A stretch of 64,000 nucleotides of DNA, from NCBI GenBank assembly GCA_002269645.1, contig NIVC01002006.1, positions 1-64,000 on the forward strand, given 5' to 3'. The stretch is from Macrostomum lignano (Eukaryota). A program made the position numbers and the translations under genes. Positions 30,473 to 42,205 of this stretch are shown one piece after another. The notes under the pieces were generated by a model that saw only the letters and a program-made list of their open reading frames with translations, did no database searches and was not told the origin of the DNA. How positions within the stretch are numbered: the stretch's first letter is position 1; the number at the start of each line of letters is the position of its first letter.

Positions 30473-31039
30473 CATCAATCAAATTCACAATGTTTTATTA
30501 GAAACTTATTTAAATTAGGGGCCTAGGCTACAACTGAAATAGCCAGCCAACTTCGCCATAGGCCTAACCATTAAATCTCATGATTCTTAAGTTTCATAGA
30601 TGTGTAGATCAAACGATAGTAGCAAGGCAAATTAAAAATTGAAATAGCAGAAAAAGTAAACTTTTATAGGCCCTATGATGAATACTTTTAATATTTAAGT
30701 TTTATAAATTTATTAATTAGGCCTAGGGGCTTAACCAGGGTCTCGACTGGATCATATAGTAGTGTATGCCAGAACAAAAATCCTATCCTAGCTAAATTTA
30801 TGGCCTATGCTAGTATATACCAAAAATGAAAAATTTCAATAAATTGTATAGCCATAGGTCATCAGGTTTTCATAAGTTGAGTTTTAAAAAAAAGGTTTTA
30901 TAAGCCTAAAGGTTTTTTTAAAGATTGATGGTCATTTTGTTTACTGCTAGTTTGTCTGCTATTCTTTCGTTAGCAAAAATATGATGCAATCATTTTTCTA
31001 TCACAGAATATTAAGACTAAGTATAACACCAGTACATTA

Positions 31040-31680
31040 TACTTGTATAACTTTCGCTGACACATTTTCAGACAGATTTTCCAACACTCTTTTGCAACAC
31101 TTAAAATGTTGCAAAAAGTGTCAAAAAAAGTGTCACACCAGTTAGGCCTAACTTTCGCCGACACATTTTTAGATAGATCTTCTGACACATTTTATAACAC
31201 TAAAAATGTTGCAAAAAGTGTTGGAAAAAGTGTCGCAATGGTTAACTTTTGCCAACACATTTTTAGACAGATCTTCCGACACATTTTATGATACTTAAAA
31301 TGTTGCAAAAAGTGTCGGAAAAGGTGTTGTAAAAGTTAACATTCACTGACACATATTTTCCAATACCTAAATTAATGCTGCAGTGTCTGATGCTTTAATT
31401 CTGCCAATACATCTTCCAACACTTAAAATGTCACTTCTTAGAGCAGGGTCATATATATGGCTCGTACTATTCATGTTAGCTTCATGTATGTTTGTTAAGG
31501 TACTGCAGCAGACTGCAGTGTTACACATCATTTAGTTGCATTAATTGATATACATGTACATGTAATAGTTGGCATTTTCTGATTACAAACAATTTGTATT
31601 GTAAATGGGCATGATATTTTCAGTGGTAAATTTATTTGCAGTCAAATTAATACAAAATGCTAGCTATAATTACTAAGTAA
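31040..31680 (+). repeat. Left arm of a long inverted repeat with internal approximately 85-bp subrepeats
   Basis: Reverse complement of 39975-40500 (for example GCAGTGTCTGATGCTTT, TTGGCATTTTCTGATTACAAACAATTTGTATTGTAAATG). Confidence 0.85.
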
Positions 31681-33154
31681 ATATGTAATACTAAATGCCA
31701 GTGAAATCAGAATATCAGATAATCGTAGTATGGCACTCCAAAGTAATTCGAATCAAAAGCTTGATCTAATTAATGTCCAAATTTTCTAACGTTACAGATA
31801 CTAACTTTTTCGAAATACTTTGTGCATACATGTAGCTACATGTACTGGCACTGTGCAAGCTGGCTGACTACCAGGTGCAGTGCGCGCCTGGTCTACTTTA
31901 TCCGTTAAAAAAAGCAAGTTGATATAAAAATGCAATCGTCTTTGTTGTAAATTTATGAGTACTTTATTTGCCCTGGATACATATGGCAGAATTTGCAAAG
32001 CAAAGATAATTTATGCATATCAAGTATCATTTAAACAATTATCCCACTGAAAAAAGCGAAAAAAGGACCAAAAGTTCTGGAAGAAATGAAAATTTGTTTT
32101 TAGTGTAATTATTTAAATACGAGAGGTGTAGCATAAGTCTTAAACTTCACATACATGGAAACTGTTAAAACTTTAACTGAGAATTTCGATTTTTAATACA
32201 GTGCTTTACACATTTTAAGCGAAATTGGAAACCAATTATTTTGTTTGTCCACCACAGACGACATGCAATCAAAGGAAAGACAGTGTGTGATTAATTCAAT
32301 TCCTTAGAAGCTTGGCATTTAAACAATCGTTTAGGCATTTAAATGATACATGCCGATTTAGTCACTCTTAATGGGGCTAGTGAGGTAAAGGAGATGATTG
32401 TTTACAACTAGGTTCAGCAGTTTGAAGCACAGTCCAAATTTTTTCTGATTTGCCTTAGTTGGGCCACCCATGTGCTCTAGGCTCCAATGCTCTTGCTGAT
32501 CAAATTCCTAATATCCTAAATGAGGACTGTTGGCTATGCAAACAGACTGGACACCAGGAGCACAACACTTAAAAGCCAACATTTTTGTCATTCATCCTCT
32601 GTGTGTCTCTTTCAATTGTTTCCTATTGAGATCGTATGAATTAGTTGAACTAGTTTATTAAATGAAATGATTCTCACACCATAAAATAGAGTGATAAAGC
32701 CGCTTTCCAACAACAGCAAGATTACGATAGTATTTTAACCGCATTTACTGCCTTTAAAGTATATAAGTCATAAAACCCATCATAGCAGTGAGAGAAACCA
32801 ATTACCAACCATATTTAAATGCTAATTAAGTGCTGTTAATTTGACACTGTAAATAGCAAAAATAGTTGAATATGTTTAAATGTATACATAAAAGCAAGGG
32901 CAATGAAATGCACTGGTATCAAATTTAGTGTGTTTTGCCAAAAAGTTGGCTAAAGTTTAGACAGCTTTGGTAAAGAGTTTGAAAGAAAAAAAATCATGTG
33001 GCTGCGAATGAAAAAAATCGACAAAAGAAAAAACCGAATTTTGGAAGTTGCACATATATGGTTCCTATGTGGTAGAAAATTACAGTTGGAATACTGAATA
33101 TTAAATACTAAATACTAAATACTAAATATTGTAGCATAGTTGCAGAAAATGAAA

Positions 33155-34450
33155 TTAAGTCAGAATCCTACAATAAAAACAACTCAGGGTGCTGGACTGT
33201 TGGACGCACACTTTGTGAAACCAGAGAGAGCAAGTTTCGCACTCTATCTGAAAAGGAATATGCAATGAAAACGAGTGGTTGGAATGTCTTAAAATAGCTA
33301 CTTCAATGGGCAAAAATTGTTGTAAGAATTTTAAAAGTATAATGAACAACATTTGATATTATAAGCTAGAATAATAAATGATCGGCATTTCTTTTTAAAA
33401 CATTGCCGCTTTTTCTTATGTTTTTTTTTGCATTTTCACTTAATTTTCACTTAGTTTCAAAAACCTTTGGGTTAGTAGCTGTAGGTTGGCAGTTATTGTT
33501 ATTGTTCATTGTTCATTGTTACTGTGACGAGTTTACTTACTTATCCATGGTAAACTTTAAGCTACAAACCTAAACTAAACTAGCAAGTTTCGAACCTTTC
33601 AAACCTAAACTAGCAAGATATTATGTTCAAAGGATATATATGCCTTATAACCTTAACAAAAAAGTCGAAGCTGACTACTTACCTAGTCATCGTGGGTTAC
33701 TATCATGCAAAGCCGCCTCCTCCTCACCACACTTCCAACATAAATTTTCGTTTTTAGGTGCCTTGAGGAGCAAATTTTGCCACATCTTCAAATGAGTCTG
33801 TGACATTACTCTTGGGGCAGAGTTTACGTTAAGTGACCTGTTTGACAGCAGCAACTTAGCAAACATGCACACTAATATTTCGCAGCCATTACTGTCCTGC
33901 TGAATAGAATGCTTTATAGTACTAGTATGCATCTCGTGCTAGCCAAAGCAGTGTCAAATAGAGCTGAGGGTATAATGAAAGGAAATTAGTATAATAAAAC
34001 AATTATATGCAATACTTAACATGCAAACAATAGTTTAGCGTCTGATCAGCTACATAGTTTATAAAAAAGGAGTAATCTTCCAGACAGAACAAAACCATTG
34101 TAAACAAAGAGCAAAATAATTGTCAAAGCGTGTTGAAAGTCTTTTCTCTAAATTGGTGGTCGTCACTTTCTGCGGTGCTTGTAAACCAAAGGAATGATTC
34201 ATTCATCGCACCTAATGAATAAATTTGCCATTTGAAGCAGTTAAATTTCATGTATAAAAGTACCTTTTAATGCGTTATTATAGTTGCTGTGTTTAGGTAT
34301 TAAGAATTTTCATGGATTTCAATGGCAACTAAGTTAAAATGGATAATTGTGCCAAGTGTGCCAAAAAGACAGTCAAATACATTTATAACTGCACCAAAGG
34401 GCACAGTTTTGGCAAAATTGGCACAATTACCACTTTTTACAAGGCAATAA
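33155..34450 (-). pseudogene. Degenerate spliced Ulp1/C48-like protease plus PHD finger remnant, probably transposon-borne
   Basis: Exon after TTCTATTCAG reads QDSNGCEILVCMFAK (resembles Ulp1 Q.D...CG.FVC.FA) and then LCWKC. The next exon after CCTTTTCAG reads IECETCSLWFHKVCV...SCFYC, completing C4-H-C3. An upstream KVVIVPI / VINVFDCL fragment lies at about 34370-34440. An in-frame TGA is present. Confidence 0.6.
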
Positions 34451-35369
34451 CTTTGGGTCGGGTACTGCAGCACGTCAAGGAGAAAGGAGGAATACATAAT
34501 TGTATAGGCTCACTATTAAAACACATCAGGTGGCTCAAGCAGCCTACTTACTTAAAGTTACAACAGAATGTAAGGTCAAGTTGCTGAGATGACATCACCA
34601 GATCTACAACTACTACATAGTGCTGTTGCAGGTCAACAAATAGTAGCATAAAATGGTCATTTTGATAAATTGTACCAATAATCGCTTTCTTCGCCTAAAA
34701 TATAGCAGAAATGCAATTGGTTATATAACTAGGCTACTCAGTACCAACATACTAGACCATACATGCGCAACTTCTGAAATTACGCTGGCCGTGCGACTTA
34801 GTTTTCGATAAAAAATGCAACTTAACTATAAAAAAGCCAAGCAAAAACTTTAGGTAAACGGCAGGAGTAACTATGACCATATTTTTAAAGCTAAATGCCT
34901 CGCCAGCTAATTAGTGCTGCGTGCAGATTTCGCGTTTTTATAACAGCTAATCAGTATGTCATCTAGTGGCGGCATGAAGCAATTAGTAAATTGTCAGAAC
35001 AGTATAGTGAGCATACTACAAAAGTCATGATTCATGAATGTCCAGAAGTAAGTGAAGTGAATACAGTGTGACCTATAGCTTAAGAACGATTTGCTAGACG
35101 ATTTGGCATGGAAGATGAGAGCCCTGATTCAGATGGCTCATCAGATGCAGAATACAAATCCAGTAGAGATACAAGCTGTGAAAACCCACAGATTTTTAAA
35201 CCACTGAATTCTAATTCCTGGAACTATTTTTGCATAGATTCTAAATTTGAAGTCATGCTCAAACAAAAACTTGTTAACAGTTAGGAAAAAGGCAAAGATG
35301 GGAGTAATGCATGTTAAACTAAGATTTGAGGCCTTTGCAAATTCTCTCCATTCCTCAATCTTCTTATCC

Positions 35370-36010
35370 TCTTTTTCTTTTCTCTCTCATCCCTTATCCC
35401 TTCTTTCTTTCCTCTCCTCTCTCCTCTCTTTCTTCTTCTCTCCTATCTCTTCTGTCTCTTCTCTACATTCTTATCTCTCCTCTCATCTCTCCATTCCACT
35501 CTACTCTCTCATCTTATCTTCCCTCTCCTCTCTCTCCACTCTACTCTCTCATCTTATCTCTCCTCTCTTTTCTACTCTCTCATCTCTCCTCTCTTCACTC
35601 TCCTCTCATCTCCTCTTTATCCTCTCTTCTCTCATCTACTCTCTCCTCTTTCCTCTTTCCTCTCTTCTGATCTCATCCATCATCTTTTCTTTCCTCTTTC
35701 CTCTCATCTCCTCTTCTCTCTCATCTCTTTTTCCTCCCTTAGCTTTTCTCTCCTCTTCTATCTTTTCTCCCATCGCATCGCTCGCCTCTCCTCTGTTTGC
35801 TTATCTCTAATCTTCTATTCCCTCTACTTTGAAGTAAGAAAATATGCACATATTTTTGCTGAAAATAAGAGGAGAGAAGAGGGCATTGAGGAGAAAGGGT
35901 AGAGAGAAAGGGCGAGAAGAGAGGAGAGTAAAAATGAGAGGAGAGAGAAGAGGGAAAAGGGGGAGAGAGAGAAGAGGGGAGGCAAGGTAGAGAAGAAGAG
36001 AGAGATGAGA
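35370..36010. repeat. Low-complexity CT-rich tract followed by a GA-rich tract
   Basis: About 440 bp of polypyrimidine followed by about 150 bp of polypurine; source of the S/L-rich spurious ORFs. Confidence 0.9.
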
Positions 36011-36099
36011 GTTGAAGAGACACCAACCTTGCTACTTGTAGTTAGGAAGTTTCAAAGAACCCGAGGGGCGAGGGCCAAATAGAAGGGCTTCGCGAGCCA

Positions 36100-36117
36100 G
36101 AGTTTGCCGACCCCTGC
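36100..36117 (-). mobile_element. Isolated hAT/Charlie-type terminal repeat
   Basis: GAGTTTGCCGACCCCTG is the reverse complement of CAGGGGTCGGCAAACTC; no partner end was found. Confidence 0.4.
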
Positions 36118-36291
36118 TCCAGAGTTTAAGAAATCAATGGGAAACTGTTGAAGCGGGCTTCTGATTTCAAAGATCTTGTCTGTTGTTGAAGGCTTCTATT
36201 CTGTTTTTGCTCTCCTGCCACACTTGCACCTACTACCCCCTGATTGCCTCTGATTGTGACTTACTTCCCTCTTATTGCGACTTAGCTGATC

Positions 36292-36365
36292 CTTTTTGCG
36301 ACTTACCTAATCCTTTTTGCGACTTACCTAATCCTTTTTGCGACTTACCTAATCCTTTTTGCAAC
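36292..36365. repeat. 21-bp tandem repeat (TTTTTGCGACTTACCTAATCC), about 4 copies
   Basis: Read directly. Confidence 0.85.
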
Positions 36366-37669
36366 TTACCTGATTATTTTTACAACTTAGTTTGCTTCTT
36401 TTGCGAATTGTTTTTCTTTTGCTTCACCATTTTCCCTGAACTGCTCTTTCTTTCGCTTTCCTCTTGCCTTTCTTGGTTCTTGTGTTTTTCTGTTTTTGGT
36501 TGACTCAATTTTGCGACTTACCCCTGGTCAGCCACGATTTACAGTGGCCGGATTGGCCAGGTTGGCCAGCAGTTGCGCATGTATGTACTAGACTTAAGAC
36601 ATTCCCAAAGGTACATCATAATGTTAAAAAATGGCTTTGTTATTCGCAAGGAATATTATTGCATCTGCTCCCGTTACGCAGCCTTAGCAGAAAAGAACAG
36701 TAATGTTATTTGAAAGACCAAAGCTAAAGACTATTCATAGAATTCATACTTAATTATACTTACATGTTGCAGCTTTTCTAGCAATTCAGCAGTATAATGA
36801 TGTTCAGCTCCACGAAAAAGTAGGTCAACTTCATAATGCATCAGAAAAGCAGCACCCTCGTGCTAAGATCCCCTTCCTCTTTGTCCAATTTTTAAGTTGA
36901 AATTTTTGCACTTAACTTGGCAACACCTCTTGCCACCTGGCTGGCTGGGTATTGGGCATATAAGTATATACAAAAAAGCATTCTTAGTTGCAATAACTTT
37001 TAGGAATTTATTGCAATTTTTCAACAAATTTTAATACATTTTATACACTATTAATAAGACCTTAAATTATTACCTATAAAGCAAAGCCAAAAAGGCAAAT
37101 TAATAGCTATATACTATATAAAATAATTCTAGACCTAATCTTGCATAGGTCATACCAATGCCTATGGCTATAGTATCAAAAAAACTTCTGTCTATTGTTC
37201 TTAAAAGGAAATTAGGTCAAAGTGCTTCATTTTGATGAATACATAGATTTTAAGTATAAATAATATATTTTTACTAGTAAAAAAATTAGCATTTTGGTTA
37301 TTAATTGGTAACTATATTTAAATAAAAACCTATTTTACAAGTATATTGCAATCCTATTATTATGGCAAAAGATTCCAAAGAAACTTATTTAAACATTTAT
37401 TGAACCTTAATAATTTGTTCTAATTTCATTATTTCTATAAACTTATGATTAAATAATTTAGCATCTTGACTAAATAAAAAAATTGCTTCCACGTAGTGAT
37501 AACTAAGCTAACCTACTAGCCTATAAAGAAGATAACAGATTTTGTCAAAGTTTTAATTTTAAGTAATAAAAAAACAAACATTCGTTAAAGTATAAAGACA
37601 TTATTTTATTTGCTTTGCATGATATAATATACTTTTATATTATGCAAAGATATACTAAAGCTAAAGATA

Positions 37670-38380
37670 TATTTGGTTGGCAAAAAAGTTCCCGCAGTTT
37701 CTAAAACTTTCCGTCTAAGAACTTTCTGCAACATTCCAGATCCTGGCTATATGGGTATATATTGAAGGTAGGTATGTATGATTCTAATATACTATTTAAA
37801 CCAGTGATTACTCACTAGTCACCAACATTATGGATCTCTCTCGAGCCTATATTCATAGTCTCCTGCTCTACAACTTCGAATCTGGACTGTCAGCCGCAGA
37901 ATCCAGCCGCTGCATCAATGCTACATTTGGTGCAGGTATTATGTCTGAACGCATTGCCCAGGACTAGTTTGCATGGTTTTGCTAGGGAAATTTTAACCTC
38001 AAAGATATGCCCTGTCAGGTCGTCCCTCTGAGGTTAATGACGACTGGCTACACACACTTGTAAAGGCTGACCCACGGCAAACCATGCTTGAGCTAGTGCA
38101 AGTCTTTGATGTAGACCATAAAATGGTTATCAGTCATTTGCATCAGCTGGGCAAGGTGTACAAGCTAGCACAATGGATATCCCACAAATTGTCAGATTGA
38201 GACAAGGAGTGCAGGGCTAAGGTGGCCACTTCTCTCCTCTCCTATAGGTGCATACACAACTGGCTGAAGTCCATAATTATAAGCAATGAAAAGTGGTACC
38301 TGTATGTCAACATCAAATGTTGACAATCATGAGTTGATGCTGATGCAACGCCTGAGCTACAGCCAAAGGCCAGACTCTAT
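37670..38380 (+). mobile_element. Degenerate, 3'-truncated mariner (cecropia/Hsmar1-like), a different family from the 11.7-14.3 kb pair
   Basis: 5' end TATTTGGTTGGCAAAAAAGTT; frameshifted fragments RCINATFG, GNFNLKD...SGRP, DPRQT..EL...FDVDH..V..HLHQLGKV.KL..W..HKL and NEKWYLYVN. Confidence 0.75.
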
Positions 38381-39974
38381 ATCTCTTATATATCAAATTA
38401 GGCCTATGCCAAATTGTATTACACATTACAAATACCTGCTTTGCTTGCATTAGTGATTAGTATATAACGAAACATTAATCAGGATATAAGAAAGGTCTTA
38501 AGAATCTAGAATATTCATCACTAAAAAAATAGATACTTGTCACTTGTGTTAGCAATTTAACTAAGGGGCCTAGACAAATAGCCTAGGCCTAGCAAAAAGG
38601 CTATTTGCCTAGTCATTAGACAAATAAAAAACCATATTTTTAATTCTTTAATAGCCATTCCATAAAAAAGATATACATATTCCTAGGCCTAATCCTAAAA
38701 CAATTCATTAAAACTTTTCTCCAACAAAAACTAGGCCTAGATATATTCATATATTCATGCCCTTACATAAGTTCTTTTAAAAATATATTTTCCCTTCTTT
38801 AGTAATTCTTCATTAGCTTTTTAGTCTCTGTAATTTCCTGGACCAGATAAGCCTATAAATTTGCAAACAACTTTTTCCACTTTGTCTTTTGCATGATTGT
38901 AAGTCAAAGGACAGTCAGTAAGGAGTAGGCCCCTGGGAATAGAGTAGGGACCCTGGACTTGCCCTTACTAAAATGATAAAATCTCTATCTATAGTTTAAG
39001 TTCATAGTTCATAAGATCAGGCTCATATTTAACAGCAAACTCTATCTCTGCCTTCAAAATTTGTAAACTGCAGGCTCTTCCATCCATAAGTTTGTTTTTT
39101 TAACAGATTGAGGTCAGGGAGGTTTGAAAGAAAACTTCTGGGGCCATGGCCGGGGTTTTAATTTGTTCGTATGTGAACATATTTAGTTTAATAAGTAGTA
39201 ATTAGTAGTACAAAGAAGAAAATAATATTATCTAAATTTGCATTTACATTGGAATAAATTTCACATTAAAATCTGCAATGTGGTCCATTTAAAAAGGCGC
39301 CATGCAGCGTGAGGCAATTAACAGACATTAGTGCAGTATAATAAACTATTTTTGTGGGCCCAATTATGGTTCATATAAAAAACATTTTTTGTAAAAATAT
39401 AAATATAATAACGAAAATTAAGTCCCGGGACTCGGGACCCCAAATCCCGGGACTGGAAATCTAGGGATTGCCCCCATGTATTTTTGCTTAGATTCACAAA
39501 ATTTTGTTATACAATACAAAAAGAGCTGGGAGCTATATATAGTGAGTTTTGACTTGACTTAAAATTTAATTGCGTCAATTTAGATACACATGTATATAAA
39601 TGTACATGTTTATACACAGCTATTCATGGGTAATATATGCTGCAGTGGTCTTTCTTGGTGTTATAGGGTTACATCATGCACCTCTATTATACTATCATGT
39701 ATATGAACAACTATCATGTATATGCAGAACACAACTGGGGTTGCAAGCTTCATAACAAAAAAGTGGCAATTATATTTTGCTATAGGAGATTTTTGTGATC
39801 TGTTGCTATATATTATGTACATGTACGTATGTAGTAGTATAGTCTTCTTACATGCATGAATCTTAAAAGATCCCTTGAGGGAGCAAGAACTGTTTCTCAA
39901 ATCACAAACTTACATTTAATGGTTTGATATACTGTATTTATCTGATCAACTAAAGATTAATTTGAATGAATCTG

Positions 39975-40500
39975 TCATGTACCTAGTAATTTATAGCATT
40001 TTATTAATTAGACTGCAAATAAATTTAACACTGAAAATATCATGCCCTCATTTACAATACAAATTGTTTGTAATCAGAAAATGCCAACTTTTACATGTAC
40101 ATGTATATCAATTAATGCAACTATATGATGTGCAACACTGCAGTCTTCTGCAGTACCTTAACAAACATACATGAAGCTAACATGAATAGTACGAGCTACA
40201 TGTACATGACCTTGCTCTAAGAAGTGACATTTTAAGTGTCGGAAGATGTGTTGGCAGAAGTAAAGCATCAGACACTGCAGCATTAATTTAGGTGTCAGAA
40301 AATATGTGTCGGTGAATGTTAACTTTTATGACACTTTCTGACACTTTGCAACATTTTAAGTGTCGTAAAATGTGTCGGAAGATCTGTCTGAAAATGTGTT
40401 GGCAAAAGTTAACCATTGCAACACTTTTCCGATACTTTTTGTGGCATTTTAAGTGTCACAAAAAAGTGTCAGAAAATGTGTCGGCAAAAGTTATACAGGT
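39975..40500 (-). repeat. Right arm of the long inverted repeat
   Basis: Pairs with 31040-31680 and has one fewer internal subrepeat. Confidence 0.85.
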
Positions 40501-41849
40501 GTACATTATTGAAAACAAATTTCTGTATATCTTAAAAAGTTTATATTATAGCTCGTAGTAAAGATAATGAACTCATTACATTAGAAGCACAAGCATACAC
40601 AACAAATATCTAAAAATATTGATTTTTCCCAAGTGACCAAAATTTTGACCTATAATATAGGTTATATTAATGTTGTCTATGTATATATATTAATTTTTTG
40701 TTTGAAATGAATAAATTTTGCAATAGGAATAGCAAATGCATTATCATCATTGGATAGGGCTAATAACAATGCTCATAAAATCTGGCAAATCATTCAACTG
40801 AAGCTTATAACTCTTCTTTTCTGAATGGATATTTAAATTTTATATAATATTTCTTCAAAATATTGTATTAAACAAAATTATATTTACAAATAATGACATC
40901 TAATTATAACTCCTTTTGAATGACTTGTAATATCTCATGAAAAGTTAGCTTTATAAGCTAAAGTATCTAAATTTTCTTTTTCTTTTTAACAATCATTTTT
41001 TGGCTGGCAAACAAAAAAGGCAGCAGATGAAAAGTCCATGCACCTTTTAAAATACTATAAATATTTTCATTTTGAACAAAATTAAATCATACCTATAAAA
41101 AATGATGCCTAACTCAAGTTTTTAGCAATAATTTTTATTAGTTTTGTTTTATATTAGGCCTAACTGTTAAAAAAGCAAAAAGTTTATGAGTGTCTTTCTG
41201 GAATATATAAATTTCCCTTTTTGCTTAAACATATTTATTTACATTAAATTTTTCTTTCCTAGCATTAGTTTGCTCATTAAAATTTGTATGCCAAAAAATG
41301 CATGAATTTGTATGGTGAAATAATTGGCATGAATTTTTATGCCAAAATTTATACACAAAATTTGAAGGGGTTCATTTTTATGCCAGAATTTTCTAGTATA
41401 CATGTAACCTTCTAGAGTCTGGGGGCTTAGGCCTTGGTCTTATGCCCTTATCAAGATATTTTTATTGAATAAAATTTGTATAAATGGCTATTTAGTGTTA
41501 GTTTAGGTGCAGCCCATTTTGGCAAAGGAATTTTCAGCAAAAGATACTTTAGTAAAAGTGGATTTTTAGCTTAAAATTTAAGTATATTTAGATAGATAAG
41601 ATATACATTTCAGCAAAAAGATTGTTGTAGGGCTTACTTCTGTCCTCCAACTATCCTACTAATTTCTTCTTACTCTATATATTTCAATCCCAGTTAAGCC
41701 ACCAAGTTGTCACAGGCATTTTCTGGCTCTCTTTAAATCCAACCAAAGTTGTTAAGTTGTAATAGGCTTTTGATTTCCCTCTATTAAATTTCTACTGCTG
41801 ACACTTAATCTTGCCTTAATGTTTTTAACTGTTTCTTAGAATCTCATAT

Positions 41850-42205
41850 AGTTCTGGGTAGCATTCTTAGTACATGGTCTGGTAGCATTTTTAGTATATG
41901 GTCTGGTAGCGTTCTTAGTATATGATCTGATAGCGTTCTTAGTATGTGATCTGCTAGTGTTCTTAGTATATGGTCTGGTAGCATTCTTAGTATATGATCT
42001 GGTAGCATTCTTAGTATGTGATCTGGTAGTGTTCTTAGTATGTGATCTGCTAGTGTTCTTAGTATATGGTCTGGTAGCATTCTTAGTATATGATCTGGTA
42101 GCATTCTTAGTATGTGATCTGGTAGCATTCTTAGTATGTGATCTGGTAGCATTCTTAGTATATGATCTGGTAGCATTCTTAGTATGTGATCTGCTAGTGT
42201 TCTTA
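41850..42205. repeat. 24-bp tandem array (TCTGGTAGCATTCTTAGTATATGA)n, about 14 copies
   Basis: Read directly. Confidence 0.95.

Noticed and set aside
35247-36026. Ser/Leu-rich ORFs resembling membrane proteins
   Set aside because: Translations of CT/GA low-complexity sequence.
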